From: the human T2T-CHM13v2.0 reference genome, Homo sapiens | Assembly (NCBI RefSeq): GCF_009914755.1 | Contig: NC_060935.1 | DNA length: 64,000 bases | Direction: 5' to 3' (one strand) | Shown here: piece by piece, positions 16,830 to 35,946 of the stretch | Layout: every line of letters begins with the position of its first letter | Numbering within the stretch: the stretch's first letter is position 1 | The notes under the pieces: model-generated | The model's database searches: none | The model's input: the letters and a program-made list of their open reading frames with translations, nothing else | Told to the model about the DNA's origin: nothing | Position numbers and translations under genes: made by a program

Positions 16830-16940
16830 CTGTGAGAACTGTTCAATTCTCTCATTCACATCAGGTAGCATCCATGTATCCTCACCCCGAAGTCGCTTAA
16901 GTTCTTTACGCCTTTCTTCTTTTTCAAAATTGGCTTTAGC
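16830..16940 (-). CDS. CWF19L2: CWF19L2 exon 2 (AKANFEKEERRKELKRLRGEDTWMLPDVNERIEQFSQ)
   Basis: T-rich acceptor ...TTGGTTGTAG|GCT, donor CAG|GTGAAT; 111 nt, phase 0-0, in frame with exon 1. Confidence 0.95.
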
Positions 16941-17734
16941 CTACAACCAAAGAAAAAAAAAAGACAAACTGGCAATTGACCCAACTGGGTTTCACAAAAA
17001 AAGGAAAACAAAAACCTCTGTCATTTTTATACAAAAATATCCACTCATGAATGAATGTCTATTCCTTGCCAGGGATTTGCTTCTCCAGTGTAAAAAAATA
17101 AAAAAATAAATAAATAAACAAAACAAAGCAAAAATCTCTCCTTCTGCATTTCCAATCTCCAGTGATTTGAGTTACCAATCAGAGAGAATCCAGGGACTGA
17201 GTCCAGGCCCTCCCATCTCTCTAAGCTCCCTAGCTCAATATGACTTGGAATCCCTTTTCCCTTCACCATTCCCATGGCTACTGCCTTAAGACTTTTGCAA
17301 CAGTTAGACCTCCACGCCTTCAATATGCAATGCCTGTAGCCCCAATACCCAGCCCCAAAAATGCCTCAGGAAGAATCATCTCTGTATAAAGAAAGGATCA
17401 TATTGGTAATTTTTATCCATTCTTCAATGATAGTCAAACAAAGCAAGTTTTTCCTAGGAAATCGTTCCTGCCCTCTTTCTTTCCCTGTAACTCCAAAGCT
17501 CAGTTTGGTCCTTTTCAAATTCTATGCATATCTCTACTATAAGATTTATCTCAACTTACGAAACTTACTCCCTCCAAAAACTGCTGGAAATACCAAAGAG
17601 AAAAGAATGAATAATATATATATACCCACACACACACATTACATATGTTGAAATTACGAAACAATACCAACATTTCACCTACCCAAGACTAATCGCCCAC
17701 TCTTCCCCTTTAAAACCTGGCTGTAGTCATTTTC

Positions 17735-18069
17735 TTTTTTTTTTTAATCAAATATAAAAATAATTTATTAAAGGTTTATATCAGAGAACTGCTGAAGCAA
17801 CAAGAACTAGAAGAGTTAATATTCCAGAAAAGGGAAAATCATGGAGAGGTAGTCCAACATTCTGCAGCTAGCTTTTCCCTGGGTGCATATAATAATTCTT
17901 GGTGTAGGCAAGAAGATGAATACAATGGTTATATACCAAACAGAAAAATCGATATCAGAGAAAAGAGCAGGGCTTATGATGGACTCCAAAGAACAGGGTG
18001 AGAAAATTGGAGATTAAAGGAGAATGGGGCTGCTTCACCCTCAAATTATTTGCCAAATTTTGAAACTAT
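17735..18069 (-). other. Short polyadenylated retrotransposed insert of unidentified source
   Basis: 9-bp direct repeat GTCATTTTC at 17726-17734 and 18070-18078; A11 tail (T-run 17735-17745); AATAAA 18 nt before the tail (17764-17769). Confidence 0.65.
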
Positions 18070-18875
18070 GTCATTTTCCCTTTAGAGTCTCCTCTCCCTC
18101 TTCTCTGCTGGCTCCTTCTCATTTGCATTTAAACTTGTTTAAAACTCTTCCAACTTAAATAAAAACAAAAACCCTCACTGAATTCTCTGTTGCTCTCCAA
18201 CTGCAACTTTTCTCTTTCATTGCCACACTTCTTACATATTGAATAGATTGTCAGATAATTCAGAAGCTTACTTTCTCCATTCTTTGTATGTTACCTCTAT
18301 GTATCTGAAGTTTAGTGAGAAATACAATGTTTCGCGATCTTTTGTGACAGGCTAAATATACTGAGATTGGTGTTAACTTTTGTTTGGATTGGTAAGAGCT
18401 TACAGTAAGTCTGGAATTGATACCAATAGAGACAGGAGGAGGAAATGTCAAACTGAGTCTATTCAAGTGTGACTTGAATGTGTTTCCGAAAAAGGAAAAT
18501 CTCATTTCAGATACAGCAGTAGCAATGACTGAGGCTGCGAGACATGCTGGCAGAGTCCTTACAAGCCGCAGGGGACCTACAAAGTGTGCAGTCCGAGTGA
18601 TAGAAATGTAAAGAATGGGTAACTTAAAAGGTAAAGAAACTTGGAGAAAAAGCGACAGATCTGCCTGAAAAGAGAATTAGCAACTGGCACCTGCCAGAAC
18701 ATCTAAAAAATCGGTAGCTACAAAAGGGTTTACCGGCATTGCAAAGGGAGAACTCACCCAAATTAAGGTGAGATTCAGTACTGACGAGGTAAGGGAAGGG
18801 GTGAGTGGGCTAGCTTACGGGAACCCTCAACTCCCACAACAATAAATAACTACAAAAGCCCCAAAACAGAGGTAC

Positions 18876-18980
18876 CTGGCGCAACACCTCGGCCCTGGCA
18901 TTCCGGGTCTGTTCTTTCCGCTCTTCGATACTCTTCGCACTTTCAAATCTACCACTAGCAGCCGCCATACTTGTTGCCAT
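18876..18980 (-). CDS. CWF19L2: CWF19-like protein 2, coding exon 1 (MATSMAAASGRFESAKSIEERKEQTRNARAEVLRQ)
   Basis: ATG at 18980 in ACGATGG context; 105 nt = 35 codons; ends at donor CAG|GTACC; N-terminus recognised as CWF19L2; CpG-rich surroundings. Confidence 0.95.
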
Positions 18981-19150
18981 CGTAAAGCTAAGAAGCCGCA
19001 AGAAAATTCTAGTTTACGACGGTCGTAATTTAACAAACAAACCGGGACTTCCGGACCCGAGGAAGGAGGAGCACGGCTCCACCAACAGGGCATGCGCACA
19101 TCTGAGGTCGCTTAGGGCTCGGATTACCGCAGCCCAGATTTTAAAGACCC
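18981..19150 (-). promoter_or_regulatory. CWF19L2 5'UTR and TATA-less housekeeping-type promoter
   Basis: CpG-enriched; ETS/GABPA motif CCGGAAGT (19047-19054, minus); NRF1-like TGCGCATGCC (19089-19098); YY1-like ATGGCGGC over Met5; exact TSS cannot be read from sequence. Confidence 0.75.
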
Positions 19151-20179
19151 GAAGGGTGTTGGAGGGTTTAATTCTTTCAGGTGTTGGGTGCGATTGTGAG
19201 CAGGATTAATACCCGTATATATTTATTATGCACTTTTTACTATATTAACAGCTTTCTCACCAATTTCGTCTTAAAATCACCGGAGTAAGTTACAAGCTCT
19301 TGGAAGTTAAGTTGGTACCTCTCAAAAGTTTTCTGCGGAAGTACCCTTTGTCGCCAGAGCATCATTTCCCTGTGCTGGAGGAATGGGATAAAGCGAGGCT
19401 GCCAGAAAGGTAGTGGCAGCTGGCAGGAAGGACAGAATTGCCTTGAAGATTCAGTGTTTTGTTTTGGTGGATTTTACTTAATATATGAAACACTCATGTG
19501 AATTTTGCATTGCACTTCACAATTTACCCGTGCTTAACTTGTTAGAAGTTTACATTATATTTTTTCCTCTGACCCCATATTATTTACTCATACTTATCCA
19601 TCCAAGCATTTTTCATTACAATGGACAGTTACTTATTTATTTCTGCGGAGATTTCTTTGTTTTGTTTTACGCATGTATCGCCCAAACATAAAACTTTTAA
19701 GTTCAGAAGAATAAGACATTCTAAGGTGATGAAGTGCTTTGAGAACATAAGACACTAAGCTTACATTTACAAGAAGAAGAAGGCTGGGGAATTAATTATA
19801 AACGATACCTTAAAGACGCTAAAAATAAGTAACATAAGCCAGGTTGAGGTAAATACTCTTTCTCTTCAGGTTTCATAAAATTTAATGTGTGTTTGCAAGA
19901 AGCTTTCCAAGAGTTTTTACATTCACTACCATTCTATGAGTCTGAATCTTGAACACACAATGCCTACTTGTTTGATATGCAATAGAAAGTATTCATTTTA
20001 TTTTAAAATGTAATTTACTAATCGACCTTGTAATATTTAATCAACTGACTACATTGACTGATATTTGTCATAACTAGCATCAACGTCTTTTCAGATTCTC
20101 TTGGAATTCAGAAAAACATCCATTTCACTGTTTTGCATCAATTCAATAAAAATAAACTGTGATTATATTAGAAACGTGT

Positions 20180-20525
20180 GTGTTTTAATCAGTTCAGGCT
20201 GCTATAACAAAATATTATAGAATGGATGGCTTATAAATAACAAACAAGTATGTCTTACAGTTCTGGAGGCTGGATAAAATCAAGGTGTTGGGCTATTTGC
20301 TGTCTAGTGAAGGTGTGTCCTGGTTCCTAGAGGGCAGTATTTTTGCTGTGTCTCATATGGCGGAAAGGGAGAGGGATCTCTCTAGAACTTCTTTTATAGG
20401 AATTCATGAGGGTGCTGCTCTCATGACCTAATCACCTCCCAGAGTCCCTACCTCCATATACCAGCACATTGGGGATTAGATTTCAACATAAGAATTTTGG
20501 GGAAACAAACATTCGGTCTAGAGCA
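20180..20525 (-). mobile_element. MaLR LTR (MLT1A/MST-like)
   Basis: CAGGCTGCTATAACAAAAT...TCTTACAGTTCTGGAGGCTGG...GGGGATTAGATTTCAACAT pattern. Confidence 0.75.
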
Positions 20526-21644
20526 ATGTGCAAAGTTATATGAAGAAAACTTTAAAATCTTGCATAAGCTCCCCAAAAAGACTAGAACGAATGGAGAGGT
20601 ATACTATGTGCTTAAAGAAGAAAACATCATAAAAAATCATTTCTCAATTAATTTGTAAATCATGCAATACAAATAAAACTGCCCAAAAAAAAGTTGGGGT
20701 TAGAGAGGGGAACTAGATATGTTAAAATAGAAAAAAGAAAAGAAAAGAAAAGAAAGAAAAAGCAGGTTATTTTGGCTAGGTTTGCATTTGGCCACACCTA
20801 ATGCGAATCCAGTCACATGGCTTAATCAAATAAAGGATAACGTAACAAGGAGCCTAAAAGTAACTGGTCCAGGCTTGGTGCAATTGCTGAAGGAGCCAAA
20901 TAGTTTATCCTTTTTCGCTTTGTTGCAGTCTGTGACTTTAGTATTTGTAGTCACAAGCAGGGTATCATATTCTTTCACATCTGTTCACGGCATCTGATAA
21001 ACAAGAATAAAGAGAAAGGACAAAGGGTAAACGTTGTTAGCTAAGCTGGCCTCATTTTTTATTAGAAAAATGATGGCTTTTCCTAAAGCCTAGTTCAGTT
21101 TCTTTCATTTAAATCCTATGATCCAGAAATAGGTCAGATGATCACAATTAACTACAAAAGTTTCATGAAGATTGCAGGATAGTTGTGTTATAGAATGTCA
21201 CTCAACTTGGGTTTGTCGGAGGTTCTTTTGTGATTAAATTCAAATTTGGCCTCTTAAGCAGGACGATCACAGAAGTGAGGCGGTCTTACTGCATCCTGTT
21301 GGGTAGCGCATGATTTCCATTTGTTCCATTACAGGTGATGTTAATTCTGATCATTTAAATAAACTGGCATCTGCAGAGCTTCTCTGCTGTAAAGTACCTC
21401 TTTTCCTTCTATAATAAGTATTTTGTGAAGTGGTTCTTTGAAACTATGTAGATCATGTACCAAATTTTCAAGTTATTTATTTTTATATAATACAGATTCA
21501 TAATTTCTCAGTGGATTCCTGTTTTTGTTCAGTGGGATAAAAATTCGTTATCAGTATTTATTTTGATCCTCAAATTGGTCCAGGTTAGGCCAGTGAGAGC
21601 CCTTTCAAGCTGGTTCCTGTGTCCTTTAGACATGTACCCACATT

Positions 21645-28058
<6,414 letters not shown>

Positions 28059-29685
28059 TATAGTAAGTCTTAAAATTAGGTAATGTGAGTCCTCCAACTT
28101 TGTTCTTCTTCAGTTATTGTGCTGGCTCTTTGAGGCTTTTTTTTCCTTCCATATAAAATTAAGAATCAGTTCGTCAATATCTTCAAAATTGCTTGCTGGG
28201 CATACTGTCACATTTTATATAAATAGTTTATATTTTTAGAAAACTAGATTAAGTTTTTCCAAATATGGAAATATGTTGTAATACTAAGTATGCTTATAAT
28301 ATTAAATATAATTCTTCAATCTATGTAAGACTAGAGATTCTGACATGCCCTCCCCTGAAGTGCAAGAATCAAGAGTATTCCTGACTTAGACCTTCCATAC
28401 CACAGAGAAACATAATTTGCTTCTGTCAGTCTTTTCAAAATAATAGCTCCTAAAGGTAGTTTATTAACCAAAACATATAGGGCTTAATATGTGCCAGGTA
28501 GTGTTCTAAGTACTTTATAAAAGTTAATTCATTTAATCCATAAATGATTATCTGTGGCTTATAATTTCATTTGAATTATATAAGTGTTAATATTATAATG
28601 CCTACTTTTTAGATGCTATAAGTGTTATTATTATAATGCCTACTTTTTAGATGAAGAACTGAGGAATGGAGATGTTAAATAATTTGCCAGAGTTCATACC
28701 ATTAGTAAATTGTAGACCCAGGGTTTGAGTTAAGTTAGTCTAGCTCCCCTGTATACATACTTAACCACTATTCTGCATTGTTTTTCAATGACAGATGAGA
28801 AACTTCAGCCTTAAACGAGTCATTTCTTTCTTGTCAAGGAGTAGAAGTGGTTGGATAATAATTTAAACAAAATAAAGCATTAATTTGCTTATTCTAAAAA
28901 CATCTGAGGGACTCACCATGTACAAGTTATTACCCAAGTTTTTCTTTGCTACTTTTTAATAGATACAGAAATGAGTTAATCAATCTTAATTGTGCCAAAT
29001 GAGTTTCACATTGTAAAATTGACTTGGAAGACTTTCGTGATAGAAAACAAAATTATGAGACACAGATAAAGCCTATAAAACTTGATGTCTTTGGCTCAAA
29101 ACTAAAGTGCATAAACATTATTTTATGTTTGTTCTATTTTTATATGACCACACTGAACAGATAATTATGTCTAATCCATGTTTCTTTAAGATCATAACTA
29201 ATACATGTTTTAGAACCAGGCACTGGGAAGAGAATGAGGGCTCAGATACTGGGGCCAAAAGTGAATCTACTTTTCATGGTATTCCTTGATTTCCTTGGTG
29301 TAGGTTCTTTGGTGATGGCATTTATCACAATAAAGAATTATAGCAACAAAATGACCACAGTGGTACATTTTCCATCTTGAAGACCATAGTCTATAAAATG
29401 TTGCTCTCTTGGCACCAGAAAGCTCATATTTTTTCTGAGTAAGATTTGACAGCTGCTGTGTAAATAAAATATAAAGTTTACACAGAGATTTTAAAATTTC
29501 ATTTCCAGTATTCTGAACTTTAGAAACAAGCTATTTCATTGATACTACTCATACATATGATCACTCGCTCAATCTATATACTTTCAAGACTTGGCTAAAA
29601 ACCACTTCCTCAGATGAATCTGACGGATTCCACAGGGATGGAATATTTGTTCCCACACCACTTTTCCTTTCCTCTGCTAAATCAC

Positions 29686-30140
29686 TGTATTTAGTCGGGT
29701 ATAGGCTAAGCTGCTGTAACAGAGGAACCCCAGAATACAGCAGGTAAATGAGACAGGTGTGAACACTGTTGGCTAATGGTCCACCCATAGGAGGATAGTC
29801 AGAGACAGGTGATGGCGCTTCTCCACCATCCAGGGGCCCAGATTCCTTGTGGCTCCACCAGCCTCTAGAGTATTTCCTCATATTCAAGTTCAAAGTTGGC
29901 CCAGTGCCATCACATCTGTATGTCAGCCCACAGGGAGCGTGAATAAGCAGATGGCAGACAAGCAGTTTCATTAGAGAATGTGATCCCAAAGTTGTACATA
30001 TCATTTTGTACACATCCCATTGGCTAGAACGTTAGTCCCATGATCACCACTAGTTGCAGCAGAGTCTGGAAAATGTGGTTTCTAGCTGAGCAAACATGTG
30101 CTCAGCTAAAACTCAGGAAGTTCTATAAATAAAAAGTAGA
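29686..30140 (-). mobile_element. Old MaLR LTR (MLT1I/J/K-like)
   Basis: GGCTAAGCTGCTGTAACA... and CCATTGGCTAGAAC...GTCTGGAAAATGTGG motifs. Confidence 0.6.
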
Positions 30141-31166
30141 AAGTGGAATAGATATTGGGGGATAATTAACCATCCCTATCATGAACACTTGACACATCAT
30201 TGTAATTATTTATTTTTCATGTATGTTCCTCCTGGACATATAAACCCTTGATAGGGATCATGTCAAATGTACCTTTATCCCCAGCGCCTAATATGGTGCC
30301 ATGGTACGTGCTCAATAAATCTTTTCTTGATTGAATTCAGATTTGCTTAATCTTTCACTGCAAGAGTACTCCTTTTTCTCATTTTCAAGAATTACCTTCA
30401 CCAATAAGCCTTCCCAGACTAATGTTTCTGCCAGTCAGAAATTGACACTCTGGTAGCCACTAACCACATGTGCCTATTTTGATTTTAAATTCAGTTTTTC
30501 AGTCATGTTGCTAGAGAATATATATTGGAGAAAACAGATATAGGATGTTTTCATCATCACAGAAAGTTCTATTGGACAATGCTGGTCTAGGAATTTTTAT
30601 TAGCCCTTTTATACACATTTGCATGGTGTATGGCTGTTAATTTTCACACGTTGCTATAGTGTGTTGGTTTCTCCATCATCAACTTAAGGGGGAACACAAA
30701 GAGGATGATTACATTGGTACTAAGTGGGTGCCTTGATAATTTGACTGTTAGATATGGAAAGAAAGAACTTTAGAAATAATCTGCTCCAACCCAGTAATTT
30801 CAAAGAGGAGGAAACTGAGGTCCAAACAAATGAGTTCCCTTATCCCAGCTCACCCCCAGAGGCTGCTGATTTTTCCTCTTCTGCTTTACACATTAGAATA
30901 AAATATACAGGGGCAAGATATTATAGAAGAGTGCTACCAATGGATAGACCAAATTCATTCATAAATTCAACATTTACTGAGGTTCTTTATATCAAATTAT
31001 CTGATAGGCCCCAAGGCCCTGCCCTCACTAAGCTTATATTCTAGTGGAAAGAAGGAATCTTCCTCCACCTTTGTTTAACCAGTCACCTACATCTAGAAAC
31101 TTTAAATATGCATCTTCAACCCATCAGAGGCCAACAATACATTTCCCTTTATTCTGCACATGTTCT

Positions 31167-33391
31167 GTCATTTATGCGTGCTATTCCCTCAGCCTGGGAT
31201 GCTCTTTTTAAATTATGTGAATGTCTATTCAGTTTCAACAAAATACAATCAGAGAAGTTTTGTTTCTACGCTTGTTTCTCCCTCTCTTTCCTCACTCCTC
31301 TATAGGTAATCATTATTATTAACCTTTGGTAATTCTTCTTTGGTTTCTTTTTAAAACTATAAGCACAAAAGGAAGCATACCAGACATTATGTACCTTACG
31401 ATGCAATAGGAAGTATATAGAATCACTGACAAGGTATTTTTATCACAAACAAAAACCAGTGAATTCAACCCAGCCTTCAGGCTTATTTTATTGGAAACAC
31501 TGGAGCTAGAGAAAAGGTTAAGGGATGCTACTGGGAAGCAATTGACCAGATCCATTAAGTTGGGTGCCTCAACTCAGGCAAAGATAAAATGAAAGAAAAA
31601 CAGTAATCTTGAACCCCACCTCTTTCACCTCTTCTCTGTTTTTCTTAATGAGTCACTTATTGCTTGTGAATGAAATAGTTTACTATAGAAAGACATGCAG
31701 GGATGATGCACAATGTTTGCACATGTGGATGGAGAGGGGAGAAAGAGCAGAGGACTAAGATCTTTATTCTATCCTCACCTCAGAAATAGATATATTTATT
31801 TATCTATTTAAATTATTATTTATTTTTAACTTTTTACAAATCATTTGTAATGATTTGCTATTTAAAATCATTAGTTTTAATTTATTTATAATTTTAATTT
31901 TATTTTTAAAATGTTTATTTTTATCTTATATGGCAAGTTCTTGTGTTCTTACTAAATTGTTGACTCTAAATTGTTGTTTGTAAAAGTAAAATGTAGATAT
32001 GCCTAATGGAAAAAAAGATGGCTCTGAAATGTTCTTTTCCAAGAACAGTATGGCTTTTGGGTTTTGATATGCATTGAAGATATTTAATAGCAAGCTGATA
32101 TTTTTGTTTTGCCTCTGTTATCTTGTTTTAGAGACTTTCCAATCTTCTGATTTATCAGAGAGGACTCATAAGGAAAATTGTAGACTGGTGATTTTATGGT
32201 AATGATATTCTAAGAGTGCCTTACTCTTCCTTTTTGTCCCCCTTGTCCAGGGGGACAACTGAATGATTGGATTCAAATACATTTTACTCATTTATTCAAC
32301 AAACATGTATCAGACACAGAATATGTGCCAGACACTGCATAAAAACTTAAGTCTCCAAAGATGAAAGCCATTGGCCCCATCTTCAAAAGCTTAGAATCTT
32401 GCAAGGAAGGCAAACAAGTAAACCAGAAGTTACTCACCAACTGTATTAGTCTGTTCTCATGCTAATAAAGACATACCTGAGACTGGGTAATTTTTAAAAG
32501 AAAGAGGTTTAATTGACTCACAGTTCCACCTGGCTGGGGAGGCCCCACAATCATGGTGGGGCAAGGAGGAGAAAAGTCACATCTTACATGGAGGCAGGCA
32601 AGAGGGAAAATGAGAACCAAGCAAAATGGGTTCCCCTTATAAAAACCATCAGATCTTGTGAGACCTATTCACTACCATGAGAACAGTATGGGGGAAACTG
32701 CCCCTAAGGTTCAATTGTCTCCCACCAGGTCCCTCCCACAACATGTGGGAATTATGGGAGCTATATTTCAAGATGAGATTTGGGTGGGGACTCAAATCTC
32801 TAGTCTCTTTGGAGAGTCAGCTTTTATGTAGTGCCCAGCACATATTCTATGTCTGATACATGTTGGTTGAATAAATGAGTAAAAAGTTTTTGAATTCAAT
32901 CATTCAGTGACCTGGACAAGGGGGACAAAAAAGAAGAGTAAGGGGACACAACGCAACGATATCACCAACCTTGTTCTTTACAAAAACCAACCATGTTCCT
33001 GCCTCAGGTCATTTACGCATGCTATTCCCTCAGCCTAGGATGCTCTTTTTAAATTATGTGAATGTCTATACAGTTTCAACAAAATGCAGTCAGAGAAGTT
33101 TTCTTTCTATGCTTGTTTCTCCCACTCTTTCCTCACTCCCCTATAGGTAATCATTGTTATTAACCTTTGGTAGTTCTTCTTTGGTTTCTTTTTAAAACTA
33201 TAAGCACAAAAGGAAGCATACCAGACATTATGTACCTTATGATACAATAGGGAAGTATATAGAATCACTGACAAGGCATTTTTATCAAAAACAAAAACCA
33301 GTGAATTCAACCCAGCCTTTAGACCTTTTTTACTGGAAACATTGGAGCTACAGAAAAAGGTTAAGGGACACTACGAGGAAGCAATTGACCA
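31167..33391 (+). repeat. ~380-bp dispersed direct duplication (31167-31548 and 33008-33391)
   Basis: Colinear by eye at roughly 90%+ identity; the ORF track also shows paired peptides (31319..31555 vs 33107..33310). Confidence 0.95.
32442..32964 (-). mobile_element. THE1-type MaLR solo LTR with an internal inverted insertion
   Basis: TGTATTAGTCTGTTCTCATGCT...GATATCA termini, 5-bp TSD CCAAC (32437-32441 / 32965-32969). Confidence 0.9.
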
Positions 33392-34339
33392 AACCCAGAA
33401 TTCTACTAGACAAATAATACATCCCGAGATCATTCCATAGCAAGATATATATCTCATCCCAATTCCTTTTTATAGCTGCATAGTATCCTGTTACAAGAAT
33501 TTATTTAAATTCATTTATGGCCTATTTTCCCCCACCAAAAAATAAGTTCTATTAAGGTAGAGATTTTAGGCTATTTTTGCTTCAGTGCCTAAAACAGTGC
33601 CTACCATAAATATATGTTGATTGAATGAATTTCAAGGCACGCAGTGGCTCTGATACAAAAATCCTTGGGATGATTGCAGGACGGAGGGTGAAGGATACTC
33701 TTAGGTCAGGACTAAGTTTCAGGGTTGAAACTTCTGAAAAGGTTTCCCATAGGCAGTAATACTAAACTGCATCTTGAAAAACCTGTAACAGGTAGCAGGA
33801 TAAAGGTGTGGGGGAAGAGGGAAAGGTGCCTTCTGGGCAGACAGCACAGAATGACCAAACGGACAGAGGCACGAGGAAACATGGTACATTCAGGGCATGG
33901 GATCAGGTAAATTGACTGCCCCTATATATAACAAATTAGCTAGGATGAATTAGAATGATCTCTTCCTCTGATGTAACAACTTGGGAAGAATCTTGCTTCT
34001 TTGAATGTCACTCGACACCTGACTCTACTCCTGGGCTTCTTCCTTGAAAAATCTACAGAGGTTGAGAACTAGTGCTGCTTAAGCCCAGGTACAAGAGGCA
34101 TTTCCATCACCCTAAGGAAAAATGCCCCAGCTGTGAAATTATCTCCTGCCAAGGGACCAAAGGAGGTCCTTCTTTGTCTTCTTTACATTCCCAATAAATA
34201 GGTCTCTGTATCAAGAGGCTGGGCATTATAAGTGATTCATTCAGTTAACTGAAATAGTAAGCAAAGGAAGATTGGAATATGCCATTTCCCTTTCCTTTTT
34301 GCCTCGGGCTAACTCAGAGATATCTGGAACATGTATATC

Positions 34340-34882
34340 TGTATTAGTCAGGGTTCTCTAGAGAGATAGAACTAATAGGATAGATGTATACATGAAGGGG
34401 AGTTTATTAAGGAATATTGACTCACACAGTCACAAGGTGAAGTCCCACAATAGGCCATCTGCAAGCTGAGGAGCAAGGAAGCCAGAGTCCCAAAACCTCA
34501 AAAGCAGGGAAGCCAACAGTGCAGCCTTCAGTCAATGGCCAAAGGCCTGAGAGCCCCTGGCAAACAACTGGTGTAAGGCTGAGTCCAAAAGCTGAAGAAC
34601 TTGGAGTCTGATGTTCAAGGGCAGGAAGCATCCAGCATGGGAGAAAGATGAAGGTCAGAAGACTCAGCAAGACTGCTCCTTCCACCTTCTTCTACCTACT
34701 TTATTCCAGCCTCACTGGCAGTTGATTAGATGGTGCCCACCCACATTGAAAGTGGGTCTGCCTCTCCCAGTCCACTGACTCAAATGTTAATCTTTTTTGG
34801 CAACACCTTCACAGAAACATCCAGGAACAATATTTTGCATCCTTCAATCCAATCAAGTTGACACTTAATATTAACCATCTCA
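34340..34882 (-). mobile_element. MLT2-type (ERVL) solo LTR
   Basis: TGTATTAGTCAGGGTTCTCTAGAG...ATTAACCATCTCA, TSD ATATC. Confidence 0.88.
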
Positions 34883-35946
34883 ATATCCAAAGGGAGTAGT
34901 CTGATTAGTAACTGGATTCATGTGTCTAGGGTAACAATTTGTAAGAAGCCATAAACTTTGCAGTTCTCTGGACTTGGAACCTCATCTTTTAAATTCCAGA
35001 TCAGGTTATAACCGAAAGAAGCAGCAGCCTCTTGGAGACTGTCTGATTTGATTCATTTTATTAGGGAGGCTGCACATCGCACAGCTGGTGCATCTCAGGC
35101 AAGGATAAGCAGCCAAGGCAGAGTTGATTAGAGGGGCTGCGCCACCTTCTCATCCAGTACCACAGGCATCCAAGAGAGCATGCCATGAAATATTGTCTAA
35201 CCACTCTGGTATGGTTTACACAGAGACCTTGTGTCTTTATCTTTAAAAGGCAATTTTATTGTTGAGAAGAAACACCCATGAGCCCTTCTACTGAAGAGAG
35301 TCACAGGAAATGAGCACATCAAAAATCTAAAGGCTAGATTTTGATACCTTTTTCCTTCCCTTCCCTGTCCCCCACCTATCATGCAATGTAGAGGAGAGAC
35401 CATGCTGACATTGATACAGCTAAGGTCAGAGCTACCAGCTGAGCCCTGGCTTACAATGACAAATTGCCTGTGTCTGCATCATCTTACAGGGTCTTCTCTG
35501 CCCTGTCCCCTCACTATTACCACCACCACCACCATGTAAAGATATATGCAGACCTGTGAGACCTGATTCCAGATTCTGACATTGTTCAGCCCTATTCCTC
35601 ACTGAAGACAGCTAAGCTTAAGGAACAATGAGCTTTTGGTTTTTGGTTGTTTTTTTTTTTAAATTTTTCTTGTTTCTTTTTTAAAAAATTGTTTAAAATG
35701 TATTCTTAGAGATCTCTATTCTAATCCTTTTTACTTTTGAAAGAGTCCCAGTTTGGGTAAGTCATATGTCCACTCTCTTATTAAGCTGAACTTTTTTCCT
35801 TTTCAGCATAAGGCTGCCTATCTTTAGGTGAAGGTAGGGTTCAAGGAAAGGCCAAGAGCCTTCTCTCGCAATGTGCTGAAGTCAGTAACACAGATTTAAA
35901 AGTCCCTGTTTTCCAGCGACTAGAGCACTACTTTAAGAGGTATTAA

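Noticed and set aside
18827-19099. Out-of-frame ORF overlapping exon 1 (possible uORF)
   Set aside because: Starts at GTG/ATG inside the NRF1-like motif, probably upstream of the TSS; cannot show it is transcribed
29561-30013. 150-aa ORF
   Set aside because: Lies largely within an MLT1-type LTR; no coding hallmarks
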